64,000 nt of DNA from Eubacteriales bacterium (GCA_045593885.1 JAZNXN010000034.1:10692-74691), one strand, 5' to 3'. Positions 1 through 8,643 are shown, counted from the first letter of the stretch. Numbers and translations: made by a program. The notes: generated by a model from the letters alone, not told the origin.

Positions 1-1
1 C

Positions 2-1000
2 ATTATCATATTCAGCTTTCTTCTCTTGATGTTGGCATCAAGAGGGGGCATTTTCAGCAAGCGCGAAAATAAAATGACTGCTAAAAGGCCCGAGTTTACC
101 TCCGATTCGCTTTTCGATGGGGAATATTTTCAGCAGCTCGACAGCTTCTATACCGACAACGTTCCGTTCAAGGATACGCTTGCACAGATTAAGGCGGCGT
201 GCGAGGTCTGTATGCTGAAGCTTGAAAATAACGGAATAATAGTTTTAGACCGTCTTGTCGAGCGCCAGGAGCTATCCGACACGGAATTTGAAAAAAGCGC
301 CGAGGTGCTCGAAAAATTCAAGGCTTCGGCTGCTGAGGGCGGAATAACGCTTGATTCATTTATAATACCCGCATCGAGCGAGGTGAAGGGCGAGGGTCTT
401 TTCCTTTTCAATGATAAAAGCCAAAAACACGGTCTCTCTCTTACCCCACAGATGTACTATCGTACCGACCATCATCTGAATAATGACGGCGCGTATGAGG
501 TATACTGCCAAATCGCGAGCGCGCTTTCCTCACCCGTGAGGGATAAGGGTGATTTTGTTATATCCGAGAATTTTCTCGGGCGAAGCTATTACACCTCTGC
601 CATTCCGTACTATCCGTCGGAAATGATAGTCACGAGAGAAAACGATTTATCGGTAAATACCTATATTGACGGAGAATTTGCCTTCAATGGCTTTATCGAC
701 GGAAAATACATTGGTACTGCTGATGAATATTCGGCATTTTTCGGCTCGAATCACGCGGAGTGCTACGCCGAGAAGGAGAAAAACAGGGAAACCCTGCTCA
801 TAATCAAGGATAGCTATGCCCTGTCGGTTTGTCCGTACCTTTTGGATGATTTTAATATTGCTATGGTCGATGCGCGGTACGCGAAAAGAGATATTGGCTA
901 CTATATAGATAAATATGACTGCGACAGAATTATTTTGCTTTGTGGGCGGGAGCATTTTGAGTCCCCGGCACTACGCACGCTTCTGTCAGGTGAGATTTGA
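2..1000 (+). CDS. DHHW-family protein (AlgX/AlgJ-like polysaccharide O-acetyltransferase), 5'-truncated by the window edge
   Basis: Frame is open from position 2 through a hydrophobic N-terminal stretch; YYRTDHHLNNDGAY and IIKDSYA motifs. Confidence 0.7.
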   Translation: MIIFSFLLLMLASRGGIFSKRENKMTAKRPEFTSDSLFDGEYFQQLDSFYTDNVPFKDTLAQIKAACEVCMLKLENNGIIVLDRLVERQELSDTEFEKSAEVLEKFKASAAEGGITLDSFIIPASSEVKGEGLFLFNDKSQKHGLSLTPQMYYRTDHHLNNDGAYEVYCQIASALSSPVRDKGDFVISENFLGRSYYTSAIPYYPSEMIVTRENDLSVNTYIDGEFAFNGFIDGKYIGTADEYSAFFGSNHAECYAEKEKNRETLLIIKDSYALSVCPYLLDDFNIAMVDARYAKRDIGYYIDKYDCDRIILLCGREHFESPALRTLLSGEI

Positions 1001-1002
1001 AA

Positions 1003-1665
1003 TCATCGGGGCTTTCTCACCCTGACGGCGAGCATATTGATTGCAAAGCCCTTCTCGGAGAAGTTGCGCTCGTACTCTGTACGCACGTTTCCCTCATCAT
1101 ATATGCTGTTATGTAAATCAAAGGTTAATTCCTCAGGAACAACGCCAAGCTCGGAAAGCTCGGAGAGGGTAAACTCGAACAAATCTCTGTTATCGGTCTT
1201 GAAACGCAGATATCCTCCGTCCTTTATCAGCTCAAAAAACGATATGAGGAAGGAACGGTAGGTGAGCCTGCGCTTGAAATGCTTCTTTTTAGGCCACGGG
1301 TCGCTGAAATTCAGATACAGCGTGTCAACCGAATCGGGTGCAAACCATTCGCATATATCCTTCGCATCACCGATTGCGAAGCGCAGATTGTCGCATTCTC
1401 GCTCACTCTTTTCACTCTCTGCTCTCTCGGCGGCGGCTACTATTACGTCCGCTATGCGCTCGAAGGCAAAGAAATTAATATCGGGATGCTTTTTTGCCAT
1501 ACCGCAGGCAAAGCCACCCTTGCCGCAGCCCACCTCAAGATGAAGCTCGCCCTCGCGGTTGAAGCAATCGCTCGCGGAGTGCACGGGCTCGTTTGGCTTT
1601 TCGAATATCAGATGTGACAGCGCGGCGAGCCGTTCCTCGCCGTGCTTTTTTTTACGCATTCTCAT
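1003..1665 (-). CDS. trmB: tRNA (guanine-N7)-methyltransferase
   Basis: LEVGCGKG, LNFSDPWPKKKHFKRRLT, FKTDN and TEYE motifs. Confidence 0.95.
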   Translation of the reverse strand: MRMRKKKHGEERLAALSHLIFEKPNEPVHSASDCFNREGELHLEVGCGKGGFACGMAKKHPDINFFAFERIADVIVAAAERAESEKSERECDNLRFAIGDAKDICEWFAPDSVDTLYLNFSDPWPKKKHFKRRLTYRSFLISFFELIKDGGYLRFKTDNRDLFEFTLSELSELGVVPEELTFDLHNSIYDEGNVRTEYERNFSEKGFAINMLAVRVRKPR

Positions 1666-1877
1666 TTGTTTTTCCTATCACTTTTGCCGTATTTCTTTAA
1701 TTATATTAAAGTTTTTCTGTTTTGTCAATGAAATTCCACAAAGAAATAAGAGTTTGAGACCGATATTTGATTTTGACGAAAAAAATCGAATTTTCTTTTG
1801 TTTCCTACTTGCAAAAACGGTTGAAATGTGATATACTGTTTCCGTTATTTATTTTACAGCTTTTCTGGAGGTATTTT

Positions 1878-2858
1878 ATGAACAGCAACGTACGTCCACA
1901 GTCCCTTGAACGTATAACGACCAAGGCTCTCGCTGACAAATTTATCGACGAGCAGGTTAAGGAAATAAGGGCACAGGTAAAGGATAAGAAGGTTCTTCTC
2001 GCGCTTTCGGGCGGTGTTGACAGCTCGGTTGTTGCCGCGCTGCTTATCAAAGCTATCGGCAAGCAGCTGATTTGCGTACACGTAAATCACGGCCTTATGC
2101 GTAAGGGTGAGAGTGAGCAGGTTATCGAGGTATTTGGCAAGGCACTTGATGCAAATCTCGTTTACGTTGATGCTACCGACCGCTTCCTTGACCTTTTGGC
2201 AGGAGTTAGCGACCCTGAGAAAAAGCGTAAAATAATAGGTGCTGAATTTATCAAGGTGTTTGACGAGGAATCGGCAAAGCTTTCTGGCATTTCATTCCTT
2301 GCTCAGGGCACGATATACCCCGATATTCTTGAGAGCGACGGAGTTAAGGCTCACCATAATGTCGGCGGACTTCCCGAGGATATGGAAATGGAGCTTGTTG
2401 AGCCTGTTAAGTTCCTCTACAAGGACGAGGTTCGCGTAGTTGGAGATGCGCTCGGTCTGCCTCACAATATGGTGTACCGCCAACCGTTCCCCGGCCCCGG
2501 ACTCGGTGTTCGTTGCCTTGGCGCCATCACCCGTGACCGCCTCAACGCTCTGCGCGAGGCTGATGCTATTCTGCGGGAGGAGTTTGAGAAAAACGGACTC
2601 GCAGGCAAGGTATGGCAGTACTTTATCGCAGTTCCCGACATGAAGAGTGTAGGTGTACGTGACGGCAAGCGTTACGATGCTTGGCCCGCAATTATCCGCG
2701 CTGTAAATACCACCGATGCAATGAGCGCAACAATTGAGGAGATTCCCTACCCGCTTCTCCATCATATAACCGACAGAATAACCCACGAGGTAGAGGGCAT
2801 TAACCGTGTCCTTCTCGACCTCACGCCGAAGCCTATCGGCACTATCGAGTGGGAATGA
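1878..2858 (+). CDS. guaA: GMP synthase, ATP-pyrophosphatase/C-terminal part only (no glutamine amidotransferase domain)
   Basis: ALSGGVDSSV, QGTIYPD, HHNVGG, RQPFPGPGLGVR and KPIGTIEWE motifs; RBS GGAGG before ATG 1878. Confidence 0.9.
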   Translation: MNSNVRPQSLERITTKALADKFIDEQVKEIRAQVKDKKVLLALSGGVDSSVVAALLIKAIGKQLICVHVNHGLMRKGESEQVIEVFGKALDANLVYVDATDRFLDLLAGVSDPEKKRKIIGAEFIKVFDEESAKLSGISFLAQGTIYPDILESDGVKAHHNVGGLPEDMEMELVEPVKFLYKDEVRVVGDALGLPHNMVYRQPFPGPGLGVRCLGAITRDRLNALREADAILREEFEKNGLAGKVWQYFIAVPDMKSVGVRDGKRYDAWPAIIRAVNTTDAMSATIEEIPYPLLHHITDRITHEVEGINRVLLDLTPKPIGTIEWE

Positions 2859-2954
2859 TTGATTTTTACTGATTTTATTGATATTAGTGGCGTCGCAGCG
2901 AAAATGCTTGCGACGCCCTTTCATTTTGAAAAATTCAAAGAATTTCAAAAAGCA

Positions 2955-2991
2955 TTGACAAACGCAATACTTCGTGATACAATGTATCACG
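2955..2991 (+). promoter_or_regulatory. sigmaA-type promoter overlapped by a palindromic operator (likely PadR autoregulation)
   Basis: TTGACA(2955)-17bp-TACAAT(2978); perfect inverted repeat CGTGATACA-A-TGTATCACG at 2973-2991. Confidence 0.7.
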
Positions 2992-3007
2992 CAAGGAGGA
3001 GTATTCG

Positions 3008-3328
3008 ATGGATATTCAATTGAAACGCGGTCTTTTAGACGTCTGTGTGCTGACCGCTATCAAAAACGGGGATTCATACGGCTACAAAATCATCAAGGAT
3101 ATGAAGCCGTATATAGAAATGTCCGAGTCAACTCTATATACTATTCTGAAGCGGCTGGAGCTTTCGGGTATGCTGACGGTGCGAGCTGTTGAGCACGACG
3201 GAAGGCTGCGTAAATACTACCACATTACAAATGCAGGACTTGGACGTATTGAGGATTTTAAGAACGAGTGGCGCGAGGTTATGTCGATTTATAAGTTTGT
3301 TACCAAGGAGGATGCCGAAAATGAATAA
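3008..3328 (+). CDS. PadR-family transcriptional regulator
   Basis: QLKRGLLDVCVL, DSYGYKII, STLYTILKRLE and RKYYHIT motifs. Confidence 0.9.
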   Translation: MDIQLKRGLLDVCVLTAIKNGDSYGYKIIKDMKPYIEMSESTLYTILKRLELSGMLTVRAVEHDGRLRKYYHITNAGLGRIEDFKNEWREVMSIYKFVTKEDAENE

Positions 3329-3920
3329 GCAGGAATTTCTGGATGCACTCAGGATGAAGCTGTCAGGTCTGCCAAAGCAGGACATCCGAGAGCGCATTGT
3401 TTTTTATAGCGAAATGATTGACGATAGAATAGAGGAAGGTCTTTCAGAGGAAGAAGCCGTTCTGGATATCGGTTCTGTAGACGAAATTGTAACGCAGATT
3501 ATAGCAAATATCCCTATTAGTAGAATAGTAAAAGAAAAAATAAAGCCGAAAAGGGCGTTAAGGACGCGGAAAATCGTGCTTTTGGCACTAGGCTCGCCAA
3601 TTTGGCTTTCACTGGCGGTTGCCGCTGTGGCTGTGATTTTTTCGCTATATATTGTGCTATGGTCGGTTATTGCTTCTGTTTGGGCTGTCTTTGCTTCACT
3701 CATTGCATGTGGGCTTGGCGGTATAATAGCAGGTATTATTTTCGCCATCGGCGGCAATGCGCTCACAGGGGGCACCATTATCGGCACGAGCATTGTCTGT
3801 GCAGGACTTGCTATATTTCTGTTTTTCGGATGCAAGGCGGCGACGAAGGGCACCTTGCGGCTCACCGGAAAAATCGCTATAGGTATTAAAAAATGCTTTA
3901 TCGGAGAGGAGAACGCATAA
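3321..3920 (+). CDS. DUF1700-like membrane protein
   Basis: MNKQEFLDALR...FYSEMIDDRIEEGLSEEEAV N-terminus plus TM helices; typical partner of PadR. Confidence 0.8.
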   Translation: MNKQEFLDALRMKLSGLPKQDIRERIVFYSEMIDDRIEEGLSEEEAVLDIGSVDEIVTQIIANIPISRIVKEKIKPKRALRTRKIVLLALGSPIWLSLAVAAVAVIFSLYIVLWSVIASVWAVFASLIACGLGGIIAGIIFAIGGNALTGGTIIGTSIVCAGLAIFLFFGCKAATKGTLRLTGKIAIGIKKCFIGEENA

Positions 3921-4888
3921 TGAGTAGAACTGCAAAAATATGGCTTATTATAGCAGCCTCTCTTGTATTAATCGGGATTATTGTTTTTGGAGGTGTAATG
4001 GCAATGCTCAAATGGGATTTTACAAAATTATCAACGAACAAATACGAAACAAACAATTATGAAATTAATGAAAATTACAGCAACATCTCAATCGTTACCA
4101 ATACCGCCGATATTGTATTTGTTGCCACCGACAATTCGGAATGCTCGGTTGTGTGCTATGAGCAGAAAAAAGTAAACCATTCGGTTTCGGTAAAGGACGG
4201 TACGCTTGTTATAGAGGTTGTCGACACGAGAAAATGGTATGAGCATATAGGAATCAATTTCAAAACGCCAAGTATAACGGTATACATCCCCCGCGGTGAA
4301 TACGGCGCGCTTTCGGTAAATGGAAAGACCGGCGACGTTCAAATAGCAAAGGATTTTAGCTTTGCAAGCATAGATATTAAACAAAGCACCGGGGACGTAA
4401 CGAGTTATGCTTCCGCTTCGGAAGGTATAAAAATAAAGACGACTACGGGTAACATTTGCCTTGAGAACTTATCAGCAGGCTCGCTCGACCTTTCGGTTTC
4501 AACGGGCAAGGTTGCCGTTTCGGGTATAACCTCATCTGGTGACGTTGCGATCGGTGTAACAACAGGCAAAGCATTTCTTACCGATATTAAATGCAAAAGC
4601 GTTATATCAAACGGAGATACGGGTGATATATCGTTGAAAAACGTTATTGCCTCAGAAAAGTTTTCTATTGAAAGAAACACGGGTGACGTGAATTTTGACC
4701 GCTCGGACGCTACCGAGATTTTTGTAAAAACAGATACCGGCGATGTTGAAGGCAGTTTACTTACCGATAAAGTGTTTATTACTAAAACGGACACCGGTCG
4801 AATCAATGTCCCGAGCTCCGTTACAGGCGGCAGATGTGAAATAACCACCGACACGGGAAATATCAAGATAAGCATTGCATCGGAATAA
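3920..4888 (+). CDS. DUF4097-like beta-strand repeat protein
   Basis: N-terminal TM anchor, repeated TGDV/TGNI/TGKV units; third gene of the PadR-DUF1700-DUF4097 triplet. Confidence 0.8.
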   Translation: MSRTAKIWLIIAASLVLIGIIVFGGVMAMLKWDFTKLSTNKYETNNYEINENYSNISIVTNTADIVFVATDNSECSVVCYEQKKVNHSVSVKDGTLVIEVVDTRKWYEHIGINFKTPSITVYIPRGEYGALSVNGKTGDVQIAKDFSFASIDIKQSTGDVTSYASASEGIKIKTTTGNICLENLSAGSLDLSVSTGKVAVSGITSSGDVAIGVTTGKAFLTDIKCKSVISNGDTGDISLKNVIASEKFSIERNTGDVNFDRSDATEIFVKTDTGDVEGSLLTDKVFITKTDTGRINVPSSVTGGRCEITTDTGNIKISIASE

Positions 4889-5119
4889 GGCTTAACAAAG
4901 TGAGGGATCCGTGATATAATTTCCCTGTCAATTGAGCTGTTTCGAAGGAAAAAATTCTGAATTTCAACGATTGATTAGAAAAGGCGGCACGCAGTGAGGT
5001 GAACCCCAAATAGTTCACAGGTGCCGCTTTTTTGTTTGTTTTTCAAACCTTTTTATTTGAAATTACTATTGAAAACGCAAGAATTGTGTGGTAAAATGTA
5101 GATACACAAAAGAATAACA

Positions 5120-5262
5120 CAGTTCATCGGGTGAGTTATCTCACCGTTGTCGCGCACGCTGCTCTGACGGTGCTGCGCGGAGATAAGGAAATTGCGGTGC
5201 AAATCCGCGGCAACAGCCATTGCCGTAACTGAAATCTCTGATTTCTCAAGTCGGAATGCTTA
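5120..5262 (+). ncRNA. Cobalamin riboswitch (boundaries approximate)
   Basis: AAGGAAATTGCGGTGCAAATCCGCGGCAACAGCCATTGCCGTAA core and AAGTCGGAATGC B12-box-like motif upstream of predicted B12 uptake genes. Confidence 0.8.
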
Positions 5263-5414
5263 TCGTTCTGTGACCGATAGAAGTCCTTGGGCAACGTGGG
5301 GGACGGCGGATATCAAGAGGGTACGGCAGGGTATCTCTCATTTTGCGCCTTTTTTCACGGAAGGGTGCTTTTATTTTATCCTTTAGTGACAAAACAAAGG
5401 AAAAGGAAAAAGAA

Positions 5415-5861
5415 ATGAAAAGAATCTTAAAATCAACTCTATTAATTTTACTCTCACTTGTATTCGTTGTATGCGCGGTTGCCTGCTCAAAACCCGTCGA
5501 ACAGACAGGTCTTTGGGAAAATGCTACCTATCTTAAGGATACCGAGCTTGGCGAGGGCGCAACCGAGATATTCGTTGACGTCGTGGCTGAAAACCAGATG
5601 ATTACCTTTACTATAAACACCGACAAGACAAATCTCGGCGATGCTCTGTTTGAGCATCAGCTCATTGATGACGCATCATATTTTGTGAAGATGAACGGAA
5701 TGCTCGCCGACTACACGGCAAACGAGGCGTGGTGGAAGGTGTGTGAGGTCACCAAGGATGAAAATGGCGAAGAAAAGGAAACTGCACTCTCCGTTGGCGT
5801 TGCGCTCACCGAGCTTACAAGCGGTGACCATTACAGAGTAATATATACTATAGGATTCTGA
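5415..5861 (+). CDS. Lipoprotein, probable cobalamin-binding DUF4430-like protein
   Basis: Lipobox AVAC; C-terminal YFVKMNG...AWW...SVGV pattern; directly downstream of the B12 riboswitch. Confidence 0.65.
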   Translation: MKRILKSTLLILLSLVFVVCAVACSKPVEQTGLWENATYLKDTELGEGATEIFVDVVAENQMITFTINTDKTNLGDALFEHQLIDDASYFVKMNGMLADYTANEAWWKVCEVTKDENGEEKETALSVGVALTELTSGDHYRVIYTIGF

Positions 5862-5865
5862 TATT

Positions 5866-6387
5866 TTGAGTAAAAACAGAAGAAGGATTTTTGAGATGGC
5901 GGTGTTCGCAATGCTCGGAACCGTCATGTTCTGCTCAAAAATCATAATGGAGGCACTACCCAACATTCACCTGCTCGGAATGTTGACTATGGTATATACG
6001 GTTGCATTTCGTAAAAAGGCGCTCATTCCTATATACGTTTACGTTTTGATAAACGGACTGTACGCAGGCTTTTCTATGTGGTGGATACCGTATCTTTATA
6101 TCTGGACAATTCTTTGGGGCATAACTATGCTACTGCCCCAAAACATGCCAAAGAGGGTGGCGTATGCGGTTTATTCCGCGGTCTGCGCTCTGCACGGCTT
6201 CGCCTTCGGTATTCTGTATGCGCCTGCACAGGCGCTTATGTTTGGGCTTGACCTGAGTGGAACGGTCGCGTGGATAATCGCAGGCTTTCCCTTTGACATA
6301 ATACACGGAATCAGCAATATCTTTACAGGGCTGCTCGTTATTCCTCTATCCGACCTCATCAAGCGTTTAATGAGCCGTATGGCATAA
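5866..6387 (+). CDS. ECF transporter S component, CbrT-like (cobalamin)
   Basis: Six-TM hydrophobic protein with ALPNIH and GFPFDIIHGISN motifs; riboswitch context. Confidence 0.7.
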   Translation: MSKNRRRIFEMAVFAMLGTVMFCSKIIMEALPNIHLLGMLTMVYTVAFRKKALIPIYVYVLINGLYAGFSMWWIPYLYIWTILWGITMLLPQNMPKRVAYAVYSAVCALHGFAFGILYAPAQALMFGLDLSGTVAWIIAGFPFDIIHGISNIFTGLLVIPLSDLIKRLMSRMA

Positions 6388-6391
6388 AGAT

Positions 6392-6424
6392 AAAAGCCAA
6401 GTCGAATTTCGACTTGGCTTTTTT
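6392..6424. terminator. Bidirectional terminator-like hairpin
   Basis: AAAAGCCAAGTCGAA-T-TTCGACTTGGCTTTTTT. Confidence 0.7.
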
Positions 6425-6501
6425 GTGCAAAAACTAAAAAAGATGTTTTTGCGGGGTTTCGTATGTACTTGAACCCACGCGTCCCAATCACACCAAAGGC
6501 G

Positions 6502-6654
6502 TGTATATCATCAAAACGCAGTTTTGTATATCACCAAGGCGTGAGCCTTGTATATCATCATTGCGAAATAGGATACAGCCTGCGTCTGATGATATACGCC
6601 TGCGGCGATGATATGCACGCTAACGCGTGATGATATGCCATTGCTTTCGCAATG
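6502..6654. repeat. Cluster of TGTATATCATCA-like motifs (3 forward, 3 inverted) separated by small hairpins
   Basis: Forward copies at 6502, 6525, 6549; inverted copies at 6587, 6607, 6628. Confidence 0.8.
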
Positions 6655-6693
6655 GATAAAAAAATTCGACAAGTCGAAACTTGTCGAATTTTT

Positions 6694-6830
6694 TGGCAGG
6701 GGCAGAAGGTAAGCGAGGGAAAAACAGTTGATAACTGTTTTTCGTGATGCGCCCCAAGAAAACAAGGAGAAATCAAGCAAGGCTTGCCGAGTGATGATTT
6801 CGACTATGCTTTTCGAGCCGTCGGAGAACC
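6694..6830 (-). repeat. 121-bp tRNA-associated element (6710-6830) fused to a duplicate of tRNA-Trp nt 61-76 (6694-6709)
   Basis: 103/121 ungapped identity to 42269-42389; TGGCAGGGGCAGAAGG is identical to 7832-7847. Confidence 0.9.
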
Positions 6831-6962
6831 CTTGGGTTCGAGCCCGATAGGCTAATAAAAAATCCGCATTCAAAAAGAATGCGGATTTTTTGTGTAAGAC
6901 GGACAAAAAAGATATTTCTGTGAGGTTGCGTATGGGCTTGAACTCACGTGCCATGCGAAAAA

Positions 6963-7250
6963 TTATTTCACTTCGCTTTTTATAATGCTTAGTAGTTTTG
7001 GAAAAGTATCCTCTTTTTCAAAATAACGATAGGAACTATGGCATATCATTTTGTCATTGCAATAAATTTCACCGCGATCAGTTATAAACGTATAATGCTT
7101 ACTTGGAGAATTTATTTTTACACTCATATTGCCAAAATGTTTTTTATCATATTCGAATGACATAAGGGTACAGTTGTCAGGAAGGATTTGTTTAATGTCC
7201 GTTATCATTTCGTTATTGCGTTGTTCTCGTATCTTTTTGAAAATATTCAT
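6963..7250 (-). CDS. Hypothetical protein (AT-rich cassette gene)
   Basis: 95-aa ORF that overlaps the stop codon of the upstream four-helix-bundle gene. Confidence 0.65.
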   Translation of the reverse strand: MNIFKKIREQRNNEMITDIKQILPDNCTLMSFEYDKKHFGNMSVKINSPSKHYTFITDRGEIYCNDKMICHSSYRYFEKEDTFPKLLSIIKSEVK

Positions 7251-7594
7251 TTTACATTATCCTTAACCGTATTAATGGAGGCAATCAAAATTCTTTTTAT
7301 TTCCGTACATTTATCAAGCAAAGTTTTATCGTGATAATATTCACTTTCTAAAATAAGCTCGATCCAATATTCTGTTTCAGAGCACTCTTTCAAAGCAATT
7401 TGAAGTTTAGCAATAAAGTCAGCCTTGCCGTGTGCATAAAAAGCTTCACGAATGTTTGCGCCAATACTCGTTCCCGAACGCAAGAACTGATTGATCAATG
7501 CACTTTCACATTTTGCCACTCGGAGCTGCTTGCACACCTGTATCCCTTCAAGCGCAAATGCTTTTGACTTTATAATCAAAGGACTGTCAGCCAT
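7247..7594 (-). CDS. Four-helix-bundle protein (23S rRNA-IVS protein/bAvd-like family)
   Basis: QFLRSGTSIGANIREA...ADFIAKLQIALKECSETEYWIELI signature; RBS AAAGGTGG. Confidence 0.9.
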   Translation of the reverse strand: MADSPLIIKSKAFALEGIQVCKQLRVAKCESALINQFLRSGTSIGANIREAFYAHGKADFIAKLQIALKECSETEYWIELILESEYYHDKTLLDKCTEIKRILIASINTVKDNVK

Positions 7595-7711
7595 AACTTT
7601 ACCACCTTTCAACTTGCTACGATAATTATAACATAAAACTTATTACTTTTCAACTTGATATAACAAAAAATGCTTTTCGACCAAAGGGAGAAAAGCTACA
7701 TCAGATATCTT

Positions 7712-7795
7712 TTCACTATTCACTATTACTTATTACTTGCCAAAAATCGACAAGAGTGTTTTTAGTGAAAAGTGAAGAGTGAAAAGTGAAAAAGT
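7712..7795. repeat. Inverted heptamer tandem arrays (TTCACTA)n / (AGTGAAA)n
   Basis: TTCACTATTCACTATTACTTATTACTT at 7712-7738; four AGTGAA(A/G) units at 7764-7791. Confidence 0.8.
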
Positions 7796-7831
7796 AAAAT
7801 CGACAAGCTTCTGTCGAAACTTGTCGATTTT

Positions 7832-7907
7832 TGGCAGGGGCAGAAGGGCTCGAACCCACGACCCACGGTTTTGGAGACCGGTACTCTACCAACTGAGCTA
7901 TACCCCT
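7832..7907 (-). tRNA. tRNA-Trp (CCA)
   Basis: AGGGGTATAGCTCAGTTGGTAGAGTACCGGTCTCCAAAACCG...GGTTCGAGCCCTTCTGCCCCTGCCA cloverleaf, 76 nt. Confidence 0.95.
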
Positions 7908-8023
7908 ATTTATTACAGTTTTTCTGCAACGATAGATAGTATAGCACATATTTTTTTGATTTGCAAGTGTTTTTTCGTATTTTTTAGTTTTTTTGCTTTT
8001 TAGCTAAAGCCAGAAGGTCTTTT

Positions 8024-8626
8024 TCACCTTTTCCTATCAAACGAAGGGTTGATGGCGTAGAAGTTTTTGCTGTCGAGGTTATCCTGCGCTATGCGAAGGG
8101 CATCGCCAAAGCGCTGGTAGTGAACGAGCTCGCGCTGACGCAGATACTTGATAGGATCACGCACGTCGGGATCGTCGGTCAGACGCAGAATATTGTCATA
8201 GGTAACTCTTGCCTTTTGCTCTGCGGCAAGGTCCTCGTTAAGATCTGCTATGACGTCGCCCTTAACGCCGACGTATTTCATATCAAACGGCACACCGCTT
8301 GCGGCGACAGGGTAAACGCCAGTCGTATGGTCAACAAAATAGGGGGCAAACGGTGAATTTGCGATTTGTTCCTCTGTAAGATTTCGGGTGAGCTGATGAA
8401 TTATGGCAGCCACCATTTCAAGATGTGCCAGCTCCTCTGTACCCACATCGGTCAGTATTCCCTTCACCGAATCGTAGGGCATTGAGTATCTTTGATGCAG
8501 ATATCTCATGGACGCGCCCATCTCTCCGTCAGGACCGCCGAGCTGGCTGATTATTACCTGAGCCAGTTTGGGATTAGGATTCTTTATTTTTACAGGGTAT
8601 TGCAGTTTTTTGTCATAAGTCCACAT
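8024..8626 (-). CDS. cotJC: Manganese catalase-family spore coat protein
   Basis: MWTYDKKLQYPVKI, GGPDGE, TEELAHLE and REL-H motifs. Confidence 0.92.
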   Translation of the reverse strand: MWTYDKKLQYPVKIKNPNPKLAQVIISQLGGPDGEMGASMRYLHQRYSMPYDSVKGILTDVGTEELAHLEMVAAIIHQLTRNLTEEQIANSPFAPYFVDHTTGVYPVAASGVPFDMKYVGVKGDVIADLNEDLAAEQKARVTYDNILRLTDDPDVRDPIKYLRQRELVHYQRFGDALRIAQDNLDSKNFYAINPSFDRKR

Positions 8627-8643
8627 GATTTTCTACCTCCTCT

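Noticed and set aside
6436..6948. Possible CRISPR array
   Set aside because: Repeats are few, degenerate and irregularly spaced, and no cas genes are present.
6511..6954. 147-aa ORF with similarity to ORF 42253-42462 (FSDGS...NCFSLAYLLP)
   Set aside because: The similarity reflects the shared non-coding 121-bp element; there is no RBS, and the ORFs run through hairpins and tRNA fragments.
7247..7594. Diversity-generating retroelement suggested by the Avd-like protein
   Set aside because: No reverse transcriptase and no TR/VR pair with adenine-specific mismatches were seen in the window.
6694..7847. Prophage or integrase-encoding island at tRNA-Trp
   Set aside because: Only about 1.1 kb lies between the duplicated ends, and no integrase is encoded.
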